A stretch of DNA of 64,000 nt, taken from positions 618,801-682,800 of the forward strand of contig NMRA01000046.1 of NCBI GenBank assembly GCA_002633005.1. Reading direction: 5' to 3'. The position numbers and the translations under genes were made by a program. The stretch's first letter is position 1, and each line of letters begins with the position of its first letter. The DNA is from Phoronis australis. Lineage: Eukaryota > Animalia > Phoronida. This document shows, in pieces, positions 23,445 to 36,677 of this stretch. The notes under the pieces are model-generated. The model ran no database searches. It was not told the origin of the DNA and saw only the letters and a list, made by a program, of their open reading frames with translations.

Positions 23445-26400
23445 CTATTTGCTCAGAGTAAGCTTCTTCATTTGCTTTGGTTTTGGGATTCGTGTAAACT
23501 CTCGAGTTATTGGGTTTAAGTGATAAGATATTAAAGTACTGTTGGAAGATGTCACAAGCTCATTATCATCGGTCAGCTGATTAACACATAGTGGCGACAC
23601 CTGTTGAGTGAATGGTAGACACAAAGCTGGACGTGGTGTGTTATGCTCTTGACGGTTGGCCTGATCGTTGTGGCAACTGTCAACACCTGAGGTCTTCTGC
23701 AGAAAGAATAGTTTGACATTCAAGGGTATGATAAATGACAATGAAGGTCTACAACCTAGGTCTACCTATCGCAAGCTCCGCCCCCTTGCGGAATGTCGAC
23801 TAACAAACAATAAGTTTACCCCGCAACGTGCTGTTTGTCGGGTAAAATGGTGGGTTGGGAATGAAGGTGTGTCAAGAATTCTGCATTCTGATTGGTCAAT
23901 TACGCCATCGCTCAAAATCCTAGCAATAGGTCATTTGAAGCAGAGTGTTGCTTACCAATGCAAGATGTTTGCTCTACAATTAAGTATTTGTTTTCATAAG
24001 GTGGTGGTTGCAAAATAACAGAATGTCCTGAAATAATGCAAATTAGTGTGCAGAACTGGTACAGAGTTTACTTATCGGTGATGACAATTGTTTCCATACA
24101 ACAGAATGGTGTGTCTTTGGTTCTAAAGTGAAAGAACAACAAAACACGAAAAAAGGTTACTAATATCAAATTTATAAACTGCCATTCCCACCACTTTGTA
24201 TTATCAGGCACCATTTTAGAAGTCATCATGCAGTCGCCACTGATGGCCAGAATATAAAAATTCAAACAATGTAGGGATTAATAGGAAAGTAAAAGATTGT
24301 TGATAATTAATTTTTGCTGTGTGAATTGATTGAAATTTTTGAAGCTGTAGAGCACTTGCTGCATTAAAACAACGTCAATCATCGAAGTCAAGTCACTGTT
24401 GCTATTTTGACTAGACTGTGCGTCCATAAGTCATTTTTCAGAATAATAATAAAAGAAATAAATCCAAGAAAGAAACCTAAGGCCAGTAACATCATTAAGT
24501 TATATTTTTTAATACGGAAATGAGGATCTAGACATCCCCGGGTCATCTTTTACATCAGCTGGCGCCCAGAGTGAGATCAGCCTGCCACCTATTGGAGCAT
24601 TTATCTATTAAGGCCAAAATAGACAAATGAAACGTCCTATTCAACAAGACTCGTTTTAAAACTGAGAGTATTTAAATCTCAGACCAATAGCATTAAAGAG
24701 ACACAAGGTAATTAGTGAGACCAACCTACCTTAAAGTACAACTTCAATGTTCGTTCTGGCAAATTCTCTTTAATAGAAGGCCTGAAAGAAAGGGATCACT
24801 TAACTTCAGAAGGGTTCTGAAATAATTTATATCAGACTTACTCAGCTTGATTAATATTTCAAGTTCTAGTTAGGAGGACATTATCATTCAAGTACTTATA
24901 ATTCAAAAACTTTGTAAAAATCCACATGAATTTTTCCCAACATTGTTTTTTCTACAGGTAAACAGTGACTATCAGGATCTCCATAACATTGCAAAACTCT
25001 ATTGGTGTTCCTGGTCAAACAACATCAGGGCCAAGAGTTAGTCAGCTTGAATCTGATGCTGCCACGTCGGTTCAGGGAGAGACATCTTGGACAAACTTCT
25101 CAAACCACTGAGATGGCAGACATGCAAGCGTTAGAGTGGCTCAGTATTACCCCGTAGAAGAAGTCAGACACCTCAGCATTCCCAGAAATTTTCAACCAAT
25201 TTTTTCAGATGTTTTCGAATTAATAATTTTTCATACCATTTGAAGATGATTAAGAGTTACTTCATTTTCTAAATGAGAAAAGAAATTTATTATCGCAATA
25301 AGAATACATACGAGATGAAAATCCATTAACCATTAGTTTTCACCAATCAAACCTTTTACCTTATGTACAAGGAAATAAGTTTGCCTTGAAAAAAATCTAA
25401 CCTAAAATCATTTTTTCAAATTACAATTTCTGTATAAAATACATCTGGAATTGTCATCAGCTCAAAGTCAATGTTTGAATTTTTAAAATAAGTGATCTTG
25501 ATAGAGGCTTGAAATGCAAATTGTGAAGTTTTCAAAATACACTTTCAAACAGACTATCGTAACAGTAAAACACTCATAAATTGGACCGAAAAATTTCATA
25601 AGAGTATGGAGAAATCGGACTTATCTGAAGGTGCAAACTTGAACAACTTTATTGATGAGCTTGGTTCATGTGACGCAAAAACAATGCAAATCCAACTTAA
25701 GCAAGTTTTATTGTATTCCTCAGTTTTAATGAAAAGCATGCTCTAATGCCAGGGAAAGAACATGCGCTAACTGTGATGTAACATGCAATTGTAATGCTGA
25801 ACTAATAACAAGTGTTCTTGGGAAAGTACTACTGACAGACACTTGTACACACAAGCACTCGCGCAAACCAAGCAAGCATCTTCCTTCATCACTAACGCAC
25901 AGCTGTTATCATTCACAGGGGACAATTGTGCTTCAAAAGGAAAGAAAGTTTAGTAAGAGCTGTGGTGCATGAAATATGATTCGCGTTTGTGACAAAAGAA
26001 TACTGTGGGAATGCTCGTACAGTTCATGAGGGTGAAAGACTGACTAGTCTCACTAAATTACCAGCTTTTGTATAAGTTTATATTGAATGCTGTTCGGGCA
26101 AAACGACATTACCTTGACTCATCCAGTTTCATACAATGGCGAGTATCTCGTGTTTAATTTTCAATAGTGGTGAAAACTTGAGTCATGAACAAGGAAAGTA
26201 AATCCTATGGTTAAACTATGGGTGGAACAGAGCTTGAAAGTGTTAATTTATGCTAAGAAATTCATTTATTTATCTTACTTTGAAGTTGGCCACTTTTGAC
26301 CCATCCTGTTGTATGTCGAGTATAAAAAAGGCACTTTACATGCCTTCAACATTATGTAACAATCAAATTTATTGTGTGGGATGATTTTAATGTCTAATGT

Positions 26401-29400
26401 AACCAAAGCCTGTTCTTGTAACTACCAATAATAAGTTGATTATACTATAACATAACTATTAACTAAAGATTACAATAACGACCAAAGACATACACTAAAA
26501 CACAACATAACATCTTCCAACATAACAAAATGTGTTAAAAAACAACACAAGTTCAAAAACAAAAACATGGTTACATATTACACACTTTTTGTAAATATTA
26601 CCTTTCCAATACGGAAACTAACAAAATTCAATAGAAAACATTATTGTTATTCAAAATCATCCAAAGCAGTCAATTCTTCTCTAAATATGGCGTTAAATGT
26701 TAAAAGACTTGCTATTACAGTAGTATGTTAGATAGTTGAATAAAAGGTTGGGCAAAAGTCTGAACACAAGCAAACAAAACACATTTAAGACAGTAACCCT
26801 TACCTAACAATAGTCTGTCCATAACCTTCAGACAAAGATCTTGTAAGTTGTCCCTTGGCAGGGGTCATGTTAGGCTAAAAGTTTAAGCTAAGCTAGTTAG
26901 TAGAAGCATACCCACAGAGAATGACAGATACCCAAGTAGTTGTCACTAGGCCTTTTGAGCATAGAGTACCGAGTGCTAAGCCACGTAAGCCAGTTTTTAA
27001 TCCTTACACTCGCCTGCTGACAACCACTTTTAAATTTGAACCAGACATTTTTCAAAATAGACCATTGGAGAGGGGACTTGTTTCACATTTGATAGAAAGA
27101 GATGTTTGTATAGACGTGTAAGTAGAAGTGGTCTGGTCAGGATCATGTTATATATGTCTCTAGTCAGAACTCCTACATTACCTGCACAGAAATGCTACCA
27201 CAGGAAATAGGGGTAACACCACTCGTTAGGCGAATATTGACATTTATCTCAATTATTTATAGTCGCAGAAATGTTTTTCTTAAGAGTATATTCAAAATTC
27301 TGAGGTTGCCTCCAGGACATAGGTAAGTCACACAAATGATTTACATCTGAATGAGTCCTTACAAGCAATAGTGCTGTGTGTGACTTGTATAAAGTTTGTG
27401 TGAAACACTTGCCTATCTAATAAAGCATGCCTGTATTTGATCAGATATCAACACCTGCTCGCTTACAAGGTTTTGACTTCTATTTTACTCATGCCAAAGG
27501 CAGACTTGAACAACTTACCAAGGTTTCAAACAAAATTGTAACTGAAGGCAGTATACGGTGCTTTGATAGACTGGTATATTTCACCAAGCATCTAACTTCA
27601 GCAATCCCAACTCATGCGCAGATGGATTCCCTAAATACCACATGCTAGACAGAACATGCGGGTCACAGCCCAATGTCCTGTACCACAATACCCAGAGTGT
27701 TTATGCCAATAGCTCAATACCCAGAGTGTTTATGCCAATAGCTCAATACCCAGAGTGTTTATGCCAATAGCTCAATACCTAGAGTGTTTATGCCAATAGC
27801 TTGTGCTGGATTACTAAAGCCTTACCTTGTCTGTTTGAGTAGTGGCGTTGTAGGTTTCTTTAGCTTCATGACACTGAAAGTAGAAAACAAATGTCTCCAT
27901 CAGTAAAATATAACTACAAGTCAGTTAGTAAAATTTGATGTCGCAGAATTGAAGTGATAAATTTCTAGAACACAAAGAACATACTAATTTTGTTGAAACA
28001 AAGTTTTTAAATTATAATCCAAAAAGACACCAATTTATGGTCGCCAGAAACTCAATTTGGGTCATGAGGTCATTCCGGTGCATTAAGGATATGTACTTTT
28101 AAATTTTTATTCTTTCTAACATTGGATACCAGAGTGAATGAATCTTTTATCTAAGTTTCTACTTAACTCTAGAATCAACATTTTGCCTGTTTATAATAGA
28201 AAAAAAACAACAATTTTCCAGACTCACATCAATGACATTGAAATTTGTTTACTACTTATCAAAGTTCAAAGAATGCATTCCAAAATACATGAGATTTTCA
28301 CAAAGCTCAATCGAATTGAAAGTGGGTGCAATAGATAACTTTATTATCTGTGAATTCAGTTCAATATTTACTTTGCCAAAATGATTTTCTAATTAGCTGT
28401 AATTAACTTTCAAAACCTCATGTTCCATGTGACAAATGTCACTTCTCACATGGAACATTGCATTCCCAAATGTGGCATTTGCATGTCCCATGTGAATTTT
28501 TTTCAATTGTGCCATGTCACAATACAAAAGGTACATGGCATAATCAGTACACTTGTTACAGAGCTGTCAATCAAATCAAATCTCCCACCAAGCGTAGAGC
28601 ACTTCCGTATGTACCCTCAGTCCTTTCATTCCCTGAGTCTCCATAATATTGAGTCAACGAGGTTTACATTCCATAGAAAGATGCCGTGGAAAACGAACAC
28701 AAAATGTAGTTTTGATCCTGAGGGAGTTGTGCGACTGCGTACTTATGGCTGTTAATAATGTATGAGGAAGGCACTAAGTCACAGCACAAGATCCGGCAAT
28801 GTGTTCATGAACACAGCAAATTGTGAAAAAATACTTCTCACCCAAATTCATTAATTTCATCTGTAATTTAACGTTTTGCTGTTTCAATTACGTGCTCAGA
28901 CTTGATTTCTATTGCCCATTTTGTAGCTGGTGGATTTCACAGTGTCCGTTTTGTCAGACATGACATTTTTGACTTTCAAAATCCCCATAAAAGATACAAA
29001 AGTGCTACTAATCTTAAAATTATAATGACATTTCTAAAGAGAATTGAGGTCAATTTCAATTGCCATGATTAGTGGGCATGACTCAAAATGACATATTGGG
29101 TTTTTTGAATGTGAGTTCAGACTAAAAATTCTGTTCTGTTTAGAGAGTAATTTTGAGAAAAATGCTATCTGTAGCAAGTTAGTCATTTCTATAAGCAACA
29201 AAGTAGTTTGTTGTACTTCAAAACAAAAATGGTGAGAAAAATATTGATGTAAAAACCATCACTTGAGTCGCAGACATGAGACTTTGACGACTCGCGATGT
29301 TTTTGGCTTTTTCGCGGCTTCAGCAAATCGACTTAGTTTGAACTTAGGAACGAGCGCTTTCAAAAATGGGTCGGCGGATTTCGCAGAAACTTACCAGTTT

Positions 29401-32400
29401 TAATATTTACTTATCAATTTTAAAACTGATATGATTTTTTAGAGCCTAGTTTTATTTTATCATATGAAGACCTTAAGTTTTGCAAGTTAATTTGGCATAG
29501 AAAGCAAACTATTCAGAAATCAAAAATTCCTGACAGTGTTGAGAGATGTCAGCATGTTTTCATGTAAAAGTTTCATAATAATCGACTAAGGGGTTGTTGT
29601 GCTATGAATGTACCTTTGTTAAAATTTGATATAAAAAGGTGGCTACATTATAATAACAATGACATATAACCCCTGATCTTTCTTCTTTCAGAAAATATAT
29701 ATTTTTACTAGTTGACATACTAGGTTTTCTGACAAGTGATTTTGAATTGACGTTCCTATATAACCATAAGAAAACTGATTGGTACAGCCTTGCAATTAAG
29801 ACATCAAATGAAGGGTACAAATGACAAGACACGCCAGAGTGCAACCAACCTGTGCCTCAGACAACTGTGTGATCCGTTGGTCCCTGGTAGCCATGTCAAG
29901 TTTTAACCTGGCTATCTCTTCATTGAGCATTTTGTTTTCCTTTTAAAAGATGAAAAAAATCAACATTAAGCATACTCTGTATTAGCTAACATTTACCCAA
30001 AACATAAATGGGGTCTAGACAGTCCAGTGGAGTCTAGACAGTCCAATGGAGTCTAGACAGTCCAATGGGGTCTACACAGTACAATGGGGTCTAGACAGTC
30101 CAATGGGATCTAGACAGTCCAATGGGGTCTAGACAGTCCAATGGGGTCTAGACAGTCCAAGAGCAAATGAAAAGAGCAACATGCAATATAAATAGTATGC
30201 AGTGAAATATTGAAATTTCCATGATTTAAAAAACAACATAACGGGCAATTTGAAACACTCATCATATAAAAAAGCTGCTGTTGACCTAGTGAACATAAGA
30301 CAAGTAAACTAAGAATTACTACACGAATTAAGCAGCCACAAACCTGGGCAAGAGCTTCTAACTGATCCACTTTGTCAGCATCAGCTAGCGAGCTCACAGA
30401 ACAAAAGCCATTCTAAAAAGAAAACAAGCAAAATGTAAGTTAGAGAAGGACTTACTAATGGTGGTACCTCAGTAGTAGAACACTTACTAAGGGTGGTACT
30501 TCACTAATAGAACACTTACTAAGGGTGGTACCTCACCAATAGAACACTTACTAAGGGTGGTACCTAACTAGTAGAACATTTACTAAAGGTGGTACCTCAC
30601 CAACAGAACACTAACTAAGGGTGGTACCTCACCAGTGGAACACTTACTAAGGGTGGTACCTCATCAATAGAATACTTACTAAAACTGGTACCTCACCAGT
30701 AGAACACTTACAAAGGCTGGTAACTCACCAATAGAACACTTACTAAGGGTGTTACCTCACCAGTAGAACACTTGCTAAGGGTGGCATTGCTCCAATAGAA
30801 CACTTACTAAGGGTGGAACCTCACTAGTAGAACACTTATTAAGGCAGGTACTTTACTAGTACAACACTTACTAAAGGTGGTACCTCACCAGTAGAACACT
30901 TATTAAGGCAGGTACTTTACTAGTAGAACAGTTAGTCAATCCACACAGTAACTTTATAGAATAGAGAGATCAGTTAAAATATTAAAGCAAAAAAAACAAG
31001 CAAAAACAGATGAGAATACTGTTACACCAAAAGAGTATTACCTTTCACAAGTATGATTCATGATTGTAAAATGATCTGCAGTTTGACAGAGATAAAGACT
31101 TAGTTGTTAAATAATGAACTTACCAGGGCAGGCTCATTTTCCTACAAAAGAGCGGATGGTAAAATAAGCAAGTTGCCAGCAAAATAAAATACTCCGAAAA
31201 GTCTACTGACTTACAAAATCATTAACATTATTTAGTTTAAGTTGCACTTTGCCACTGTTTAGCCGTAAATGTTGAAGTGCTTTGGGGAATAAAAACATTT
31301 ACCACACTTATCCAATCTTGAATTGTTATTGAATGAGATATAAACAAGGTGAAATGCAGTTTGAACAGGTTTTACAAAACAAAGCATTTTATACCAAAAT
31401 GGGGAACTTCATCAAAGAATAACCAAATTTCAGAGCATGATTCAAAACAGGGGTTACCTGTAATAACATCCTCTTCAGTTTTAATAGCATGGTCTTTGTC
31501 CACGTGATTTCTTGTAGCATACTGCGATACAAATGAACATCTATGGCAATCTGTTCAGTGTCATCCAAGCTTGACAGGTGGCGCACACGGCCTGCACGTT
31601 GTTGACTACAACAAGATATCATAACAAATCAGGAAATCAAATGCTAAAAAATATGATGCCAAAGACATAGCTGCTCGTGTAAACGGTTGGTGACTCATTA
31701 ATGATCCAGACATATAATTGTAATTATTAAACATATATTTGTTTCCATAAATACATCAACATTTGATAACCCTGCTGAGGGTAAATATTTTCTCTAATTC
31801 ACCAATCTCAAACAACAAATTTCCTTTGTTTTTATTTATTATTTTCCTTTGATCTCCATAAGTATGGATATAGAATAAAAATACAGTATACAGTATAGAG
31901 GGATGCAAATACTTCAGTTAAGAATTTTGTTGAATAGAACTTGCTGGAAAGTGTATACTTGTAATATTACACAAAGTACTATCAGTTGAAAGTGAAATCA
32001 CAGTGGGTATTTTAAGCCAGGAAGGTGTATAATTGCACACTGTTCATTTCCTTGGCAACTAATTTGTCACTGACAAAGAAGTTTAAAATGGGATTAGTAA
32101 TAATTTTAAGTTTCATACCCGCCACATGTTGGTCAGATCACATGACCAACATTTAAGTCTGAAAAGATTTCTGTCCTGACTGGGGCTCAAACCCTTACCA
32201 CTAACTGTGAACATGCTCTTGTCCACTGAGCTACGGTTGGATTTCTGTAACTGACTCTGACAGCTCAGTAGACTAGAGCATCTGCACAGTTAGAGGGAAG
32301 TCCCGGGTTTGAGCCACGGTCAGGGGAAAGACCTTTAACTATAGGTCACTTGATGTGACCAACATATAGCATGTATGAGACTAATAATTGTTATGATATC

Positions 32401-35400
32401 AACTTACTGATTGATAACAACACAGTTGTTGACTGGTCTGCAAACATGTGCCCGAATATTTGTTTTGGGTTTATAAATCTAACAAATAATATAACAGTGA
32501 CTGGATAATTCAAACAACACTAAACACCTAACCACAAAATTGGATAAAAATATGTTACAATAATCACATGCTATCTAGTATTGAAGCGTGTATGTTTCAA
32601 TCCACAACTTTCCTCAGGTCAATTCTTATTAAGTGTAAACTATTCAATACAACACACTAATGGTACAGGGTACAAAAAATCAATACCCAAAACGGCCAAA
32701 AATGAAGAATATTTGACGTAGTAAACAGTGATAAAATCTCAAAAACATGTCAGTGATTCTACCTACCCGTGCTCAGCCTCAGAAGGCTGCGGTGACACAA
32801 CAGGCAGGCGATTAGTAGTTTCCAGAATAGTGTCATAACCAGACGTTTCATCTGCACGGCCAGCACAGCTCTCTGGACTGACCACACAGTCTATATCAGT
32901 CCTCTTCACCCATACATCCTCTTCTTCAGGTACACTCACAGCACAAACCGGTGAACACACAATCTCCTTCTCTTGCTTACCAAGGACAAACGTAGAGTTA
33001 AAAGTATCTGATTCATCCAAAGAGATCTCTGTGTTTAACATCAGGTCTGCGGAGTCAATACTTGCACTAGAAATAGTCTTCTGCGNATCAATAGAATACT
33101 TACTAAAACTGGTACCTCACCAATAGAACACTTACAAAGGCTGGTAACTCACCAATAGAACACTTACTAAGGGTGTTACCTCACCAGTAGAACACTTACT
33201 AAGGGAGGAACCTCACCGGTAGAACACTTACTAAAGGTGGTACCTCACCAGTAGAACACTTGCTAAGGGTGGTACTGCTCCAATAGAACACTTACTAAGG
33301 GTGGAACCTCACTAGTAGAACACTTATTAAGGCAGGTACTTTACTAGTAGAACACTTACTAAAGGTGGTACATCACCAGTAGAACACTTATTAAGGCAGG
33401 TACTTTACTAGTAGAACAGTTAGTCAATCCACACAGTAACTTTATAGAATAGAGACATCAGTTAAAATATTAAAGCAAAAAAAAACAAGCAAAAACAGAT
33501 GAAAATACTGTTACACCAAAAGAGTATTACCTTTCACAAGTATGATTCATGATTTTAAAATGATCTGCAGTTTGACAGAGATAAAGACTTAGTTGTTAAA
33601 TAATGAACTTACCAGGGCAGGCTCATTTTCCTACAAAAGAGCGGATGGTAAATAAGCAAGTTGCCAGCAAAATAAAATACTCCGAACAGTCTACTGACTT
33701 ACAAAATCATTAACATTATTTAGATTAAGTTGCACTTTGCCACTGTTTAGCCGTAAATGTTGAAGTGCTTTGGGGAATAAAAACATTACCACACTTATCC
33801 AATCTTGAATTGTTATTGAATGAGATATAAACAAGGTGAAATGCAGTTTGAACAGGTTTTACAAAACAATGCATTTTATACCAAAATGGGGAACTTCATC
33901 AAAGAATAACCAAATTTCAGAACATGATTCAAAACAGGGGTTACCTGTAATAACATCCTCTTCAGTTTTAATAGCATGGTCTTTGTCCACGTGATTTCTT
34001 GTAGCATACTGCGATACAAATGAACATCTATGGCAATCTGTTCAGTGTCATCTAAGCTTGACAGGTGGCGCACACGGCCTGCACGTTGTTGACTACAAGA
34101 TATAACAAATCAGGAAATCAAAAGCTAAAAAATATGATGCCAAAGACATAGCTGCTCGTGTAAATGGTTGGTGACTCATTAATGATCCAGACACATAATT
34201 GTAATTATTAAACATATATTTGTTTCCATAAATACATCAACATTTGATAACCCTGCTAAGGGTAAATATTTTCTCTAATTCACCAATCTCAAACAACAAA
34301 TTTCCTTTGTTTTTATTTATTATTTTCCTTTGATCTCCATAAGTATGGATATAGAATAAAAATACAGTATACAGTATAGAGGGATGCAAATACTTCAGTT
34401 AAGAATTTTGTTGAATAGAACTTGCTGGAAAGTGTATATTTGTAATATTACACAAAGTACTATCAGTTGAAAGTGAAATCACAGTGGGTATTTTAAGCCA
34501 GGAAGGTGTATAATTGCACACTGTTCATTTCCTTGACAACTAATTTGTCACTGACAAAGAAGTTTAAAACGGGATTAGTAATAATTTTAAGTTTCATACC
34601 CGCCACATGTTGGTCAGATCACATGACCAACATTTAAGTCTGAAAAGATTTCTGTCCTGACTGGGGCTCAAACCCTTACCACTAACTGTGAACATGCTCT
34701 TGTCCACTGAGCTACGGTTGGATTTCTGTAACTGACTCTGACAGCTCAGTAGACTAGAGCATCTGCACAGTTAGAGGGAAGTCCCGGGTTTGAGCCACGG
34801 TCAGGGGAAAGACCTTTAACTATAGGTCACTTGATGTGACCAACATATAGCATGTATGAGACTAATAATTGTTATGATATCAACTTACTGATTGATAACA
34901 ACACAGTTGTTGACTGGTCTGCAAACATGTGCCCGAATATTTGTTTTGGGTTTATAAATCTAACAAATAATATAACAGTGACTGGATAATTCAAACAACA
35001 CTAAACACCTAACCACAAAATTGGATAAAAATATGTTACAATAATCACATGCTATCTAGTATTGAAGCGTGTATGTTTCAATCCACAACTTTCCTCAGGT
35101 CAATTCTTATTAAGTGTAAACTATTCAATACAACACACTAATGGTACAGGGTACAAAAAATCAATACCCAAAACGGCCAAAAATGAAGAATATTTGACGT
35201 AGTAAACAGTGATAAAATCTCAAAAACATGTCAGTGATTCTACCTACCCGTGCTCAGCCTCAGAAGGCTGCGGTGACACAACAGGCAGGCGATTAGTAGT
35301 TTCCAGAATAGTGTCATAACCAGACGTTTCATCTGCACGGCCAGCACAGCTCTCTGGACTGACCACACAGTCTATATCAGTCCTCTTCACCCATACATCC

Positions 35401-36677
35401 TCTTCTTCAGGTACACTCACAGCACAAACCGGTGAACACACAATCTCCTTCTCTTGCTTACCAAGGACAAACGTAGAGTTAAAAGTATCTGATTCATCCA
35501 AAGAGATCTCTGTGTTTAACATCAGGTCTGCGGAGTCAATACTTGCACTAGAAATAGTCTTCTGCGAGCGTTCACTAGTGGAGACACGAGACGATGTAGA
35601 TAATGGACGAGGCCTAACAAAACTAGTGGACCTAGGCTGAGCTTTAACAGGTAAAATCAAGGAGGAAGGTCTGCTTTTGACATTTTTGGCAGAATTTGGT
35701 TGCAGTGAGATTTCACTTCTATTTACAGAGCCAATATTAGTTTTAGGAAAAGTCAAACTTTCCCTTGACCTGTTCTTGATATTTCCCAAGGAGTTCTTCT
35801 CAAGTGAATCGTGTTTTAGCTTCAAGTCTTGGTGCTTTCCAGAAGAAAGTTTTTCACTGCTCACAGCATTTTTGATCAAATTTTCTCTGGAAATGTTTTT
35901 ATTTGGCAGTTTACTAATCGAAGAAATGTTTTTATTAGATAAATTCTCCTTTGATCCACCATTGCTCTTCGGTAGCTTTGAAATCCCTGACGGAGGTATC
36001 AACTTGTTAACTGACGCAATGCCTTTAGAAGAACAAGTTTCGGACTTAGAGGACGAATTTACAGTGGCACCACGAACATCCTTCTGACAAGACAAATTTT
36101 CTTTTGATGTTGAAGGAGAATTTTTTATCTTTGGCACATTTGAAGGCTTGAATCCAAACCCAAAAGACCGTCTCTGCACACTGACTTCATGTAACTTCTC
36201 ACTTGATTTCACACAAGTTGTTTTCCCAACGTTAGATTTTGCTTGCTCATCCTTTGACTGATTAATAAAGACATTCTCCCTTGACTTGCTCACACTGGCT
36301 TGGCCTCCAATTACATACTTTTTTGTTTCACCACTAGCTTTTTGTCCCTTGGCAACTATTTCTGGTTGATCTGTAGTTGATTGTTTGATTTCTGAATTAA
36401 TCACATCTTTTTCTTTAGTGACTTTCTTTAATTTCCCACTCCTTTGTCCTGGATCATATTTTACTCTGTTGAAAGAGTTTGTACTCTTCACACCTTCTTG
36501 ATGACCACTATCACCATTTCTTATCAGACTCACATCTTCTTTACAGTGAGGCTGCAAGGTAGAAGATGGTGGACGCAGGCCAAAGCCAAACCTTGACTTT
36601 GAAGAAGGTACCTTTGACTGACTAGTGGCCATGACAAAACCAGCTTCTAATGCTCTGTGCGAGTAGCAAGAACCCAT
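23445..36677 (-). CDS. CCSER2: Serine-rich coiled-coil domain-containing protein (CCSER1/CCSER2, FAM190-like)
   Basis: Large Ser/Lys-rich exon 36677 (or 36632)-35248, then 34092-33945 (...YRSMLQEITWTKTMLLKLKRMLLQ, resembling the CCSER KT.LLKLKR.L motif), 33630-33613, 30412-30344, 29939-29850 (coiled coil ENKMLNEEIARLKLDM), 27873-27826, 26874-26804, 24781-24730 and 23696-23445 (..RIPKPK..stop). Phases are consistent. CCSER1 versus CCSER2 cannot be resolved; this is probably a co-orthologue. Confidence 0.75.
27686..27801. repeat. 29-bp tandem repeat, 4 copies
   Basis: Unit CAATACCCAGAGTGTTTATGCCAATAGCT. Confidence 0.95.
30007..30159. repeat. 19-bp tandem repeat, ~8 copies
   Basis: Unit AATGGGGTCTAGACAGTCC. 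Confidence 0.95.
30451..30930. repeat. 32-bp minisatellite, ~15 copies (second partial array at 33087-33420)
   Basis: Unit CTTACTAAGGGTGGTACCTCACCAGTAGAACA. Confidence 0.95.
30663..35566. repeat. Near-identical ~2.4-2.5 kb tandem duplication joined at an N (30663-33085 vs 33087-35566); probable haplotype assembly artefact
   Basis: The copies differ only by scattered SNPs, small indels and minisatellite unit number. The junction is the N at 33086. It duplicates CCSER exons 31605-31458 and 31141-31124 and the 3' part of the large exon. Confidence 0.9.
32093..32397. mobile_element. Palindromic element made of two divergent tRNA-like (A/B box) halves; duplicate at ~34574-34878
   Basis: Minus arm: TAGCTCAGTGG (32233-32223) ... 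GGTTTGAGCCC (32193-32183). Plus arm: CAGCTCAGTAG (32261-32271) ... GGTTTGAGCC (32306-32315). The outer flanks ATGTTGGTCAGATCACATGACC and GGTCACTTGATGTGACCAACAT are also inverted. Confidence 0.7.

Noticed and set aside
26113-26150. Extra CCSER exon with donor AAG|GTAAT
   Set aside because: No convincing acceptor gives an open frame compatible with the flanking phase-2 junction.
30451-30930. 32-bp repeat array as a CRISPR-like locus
   Set aside because: The units are contiguous with no unique spacers, there are no cas genes, and the context is a eukaryotic intron. It is a minisatellite.
32183-32315. Functional tRNA genes
   Set aside because: The B boxes are mutated and no intact cloverleaf or acceptor stem can be drawn. 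Treated as tRNA-derived repeat, as are 1602-1656 and 60340-60440.
35677-36087. 136-aa plus-strand ORF
   Set aside because: Antisense shadow of the large CCSER exon.
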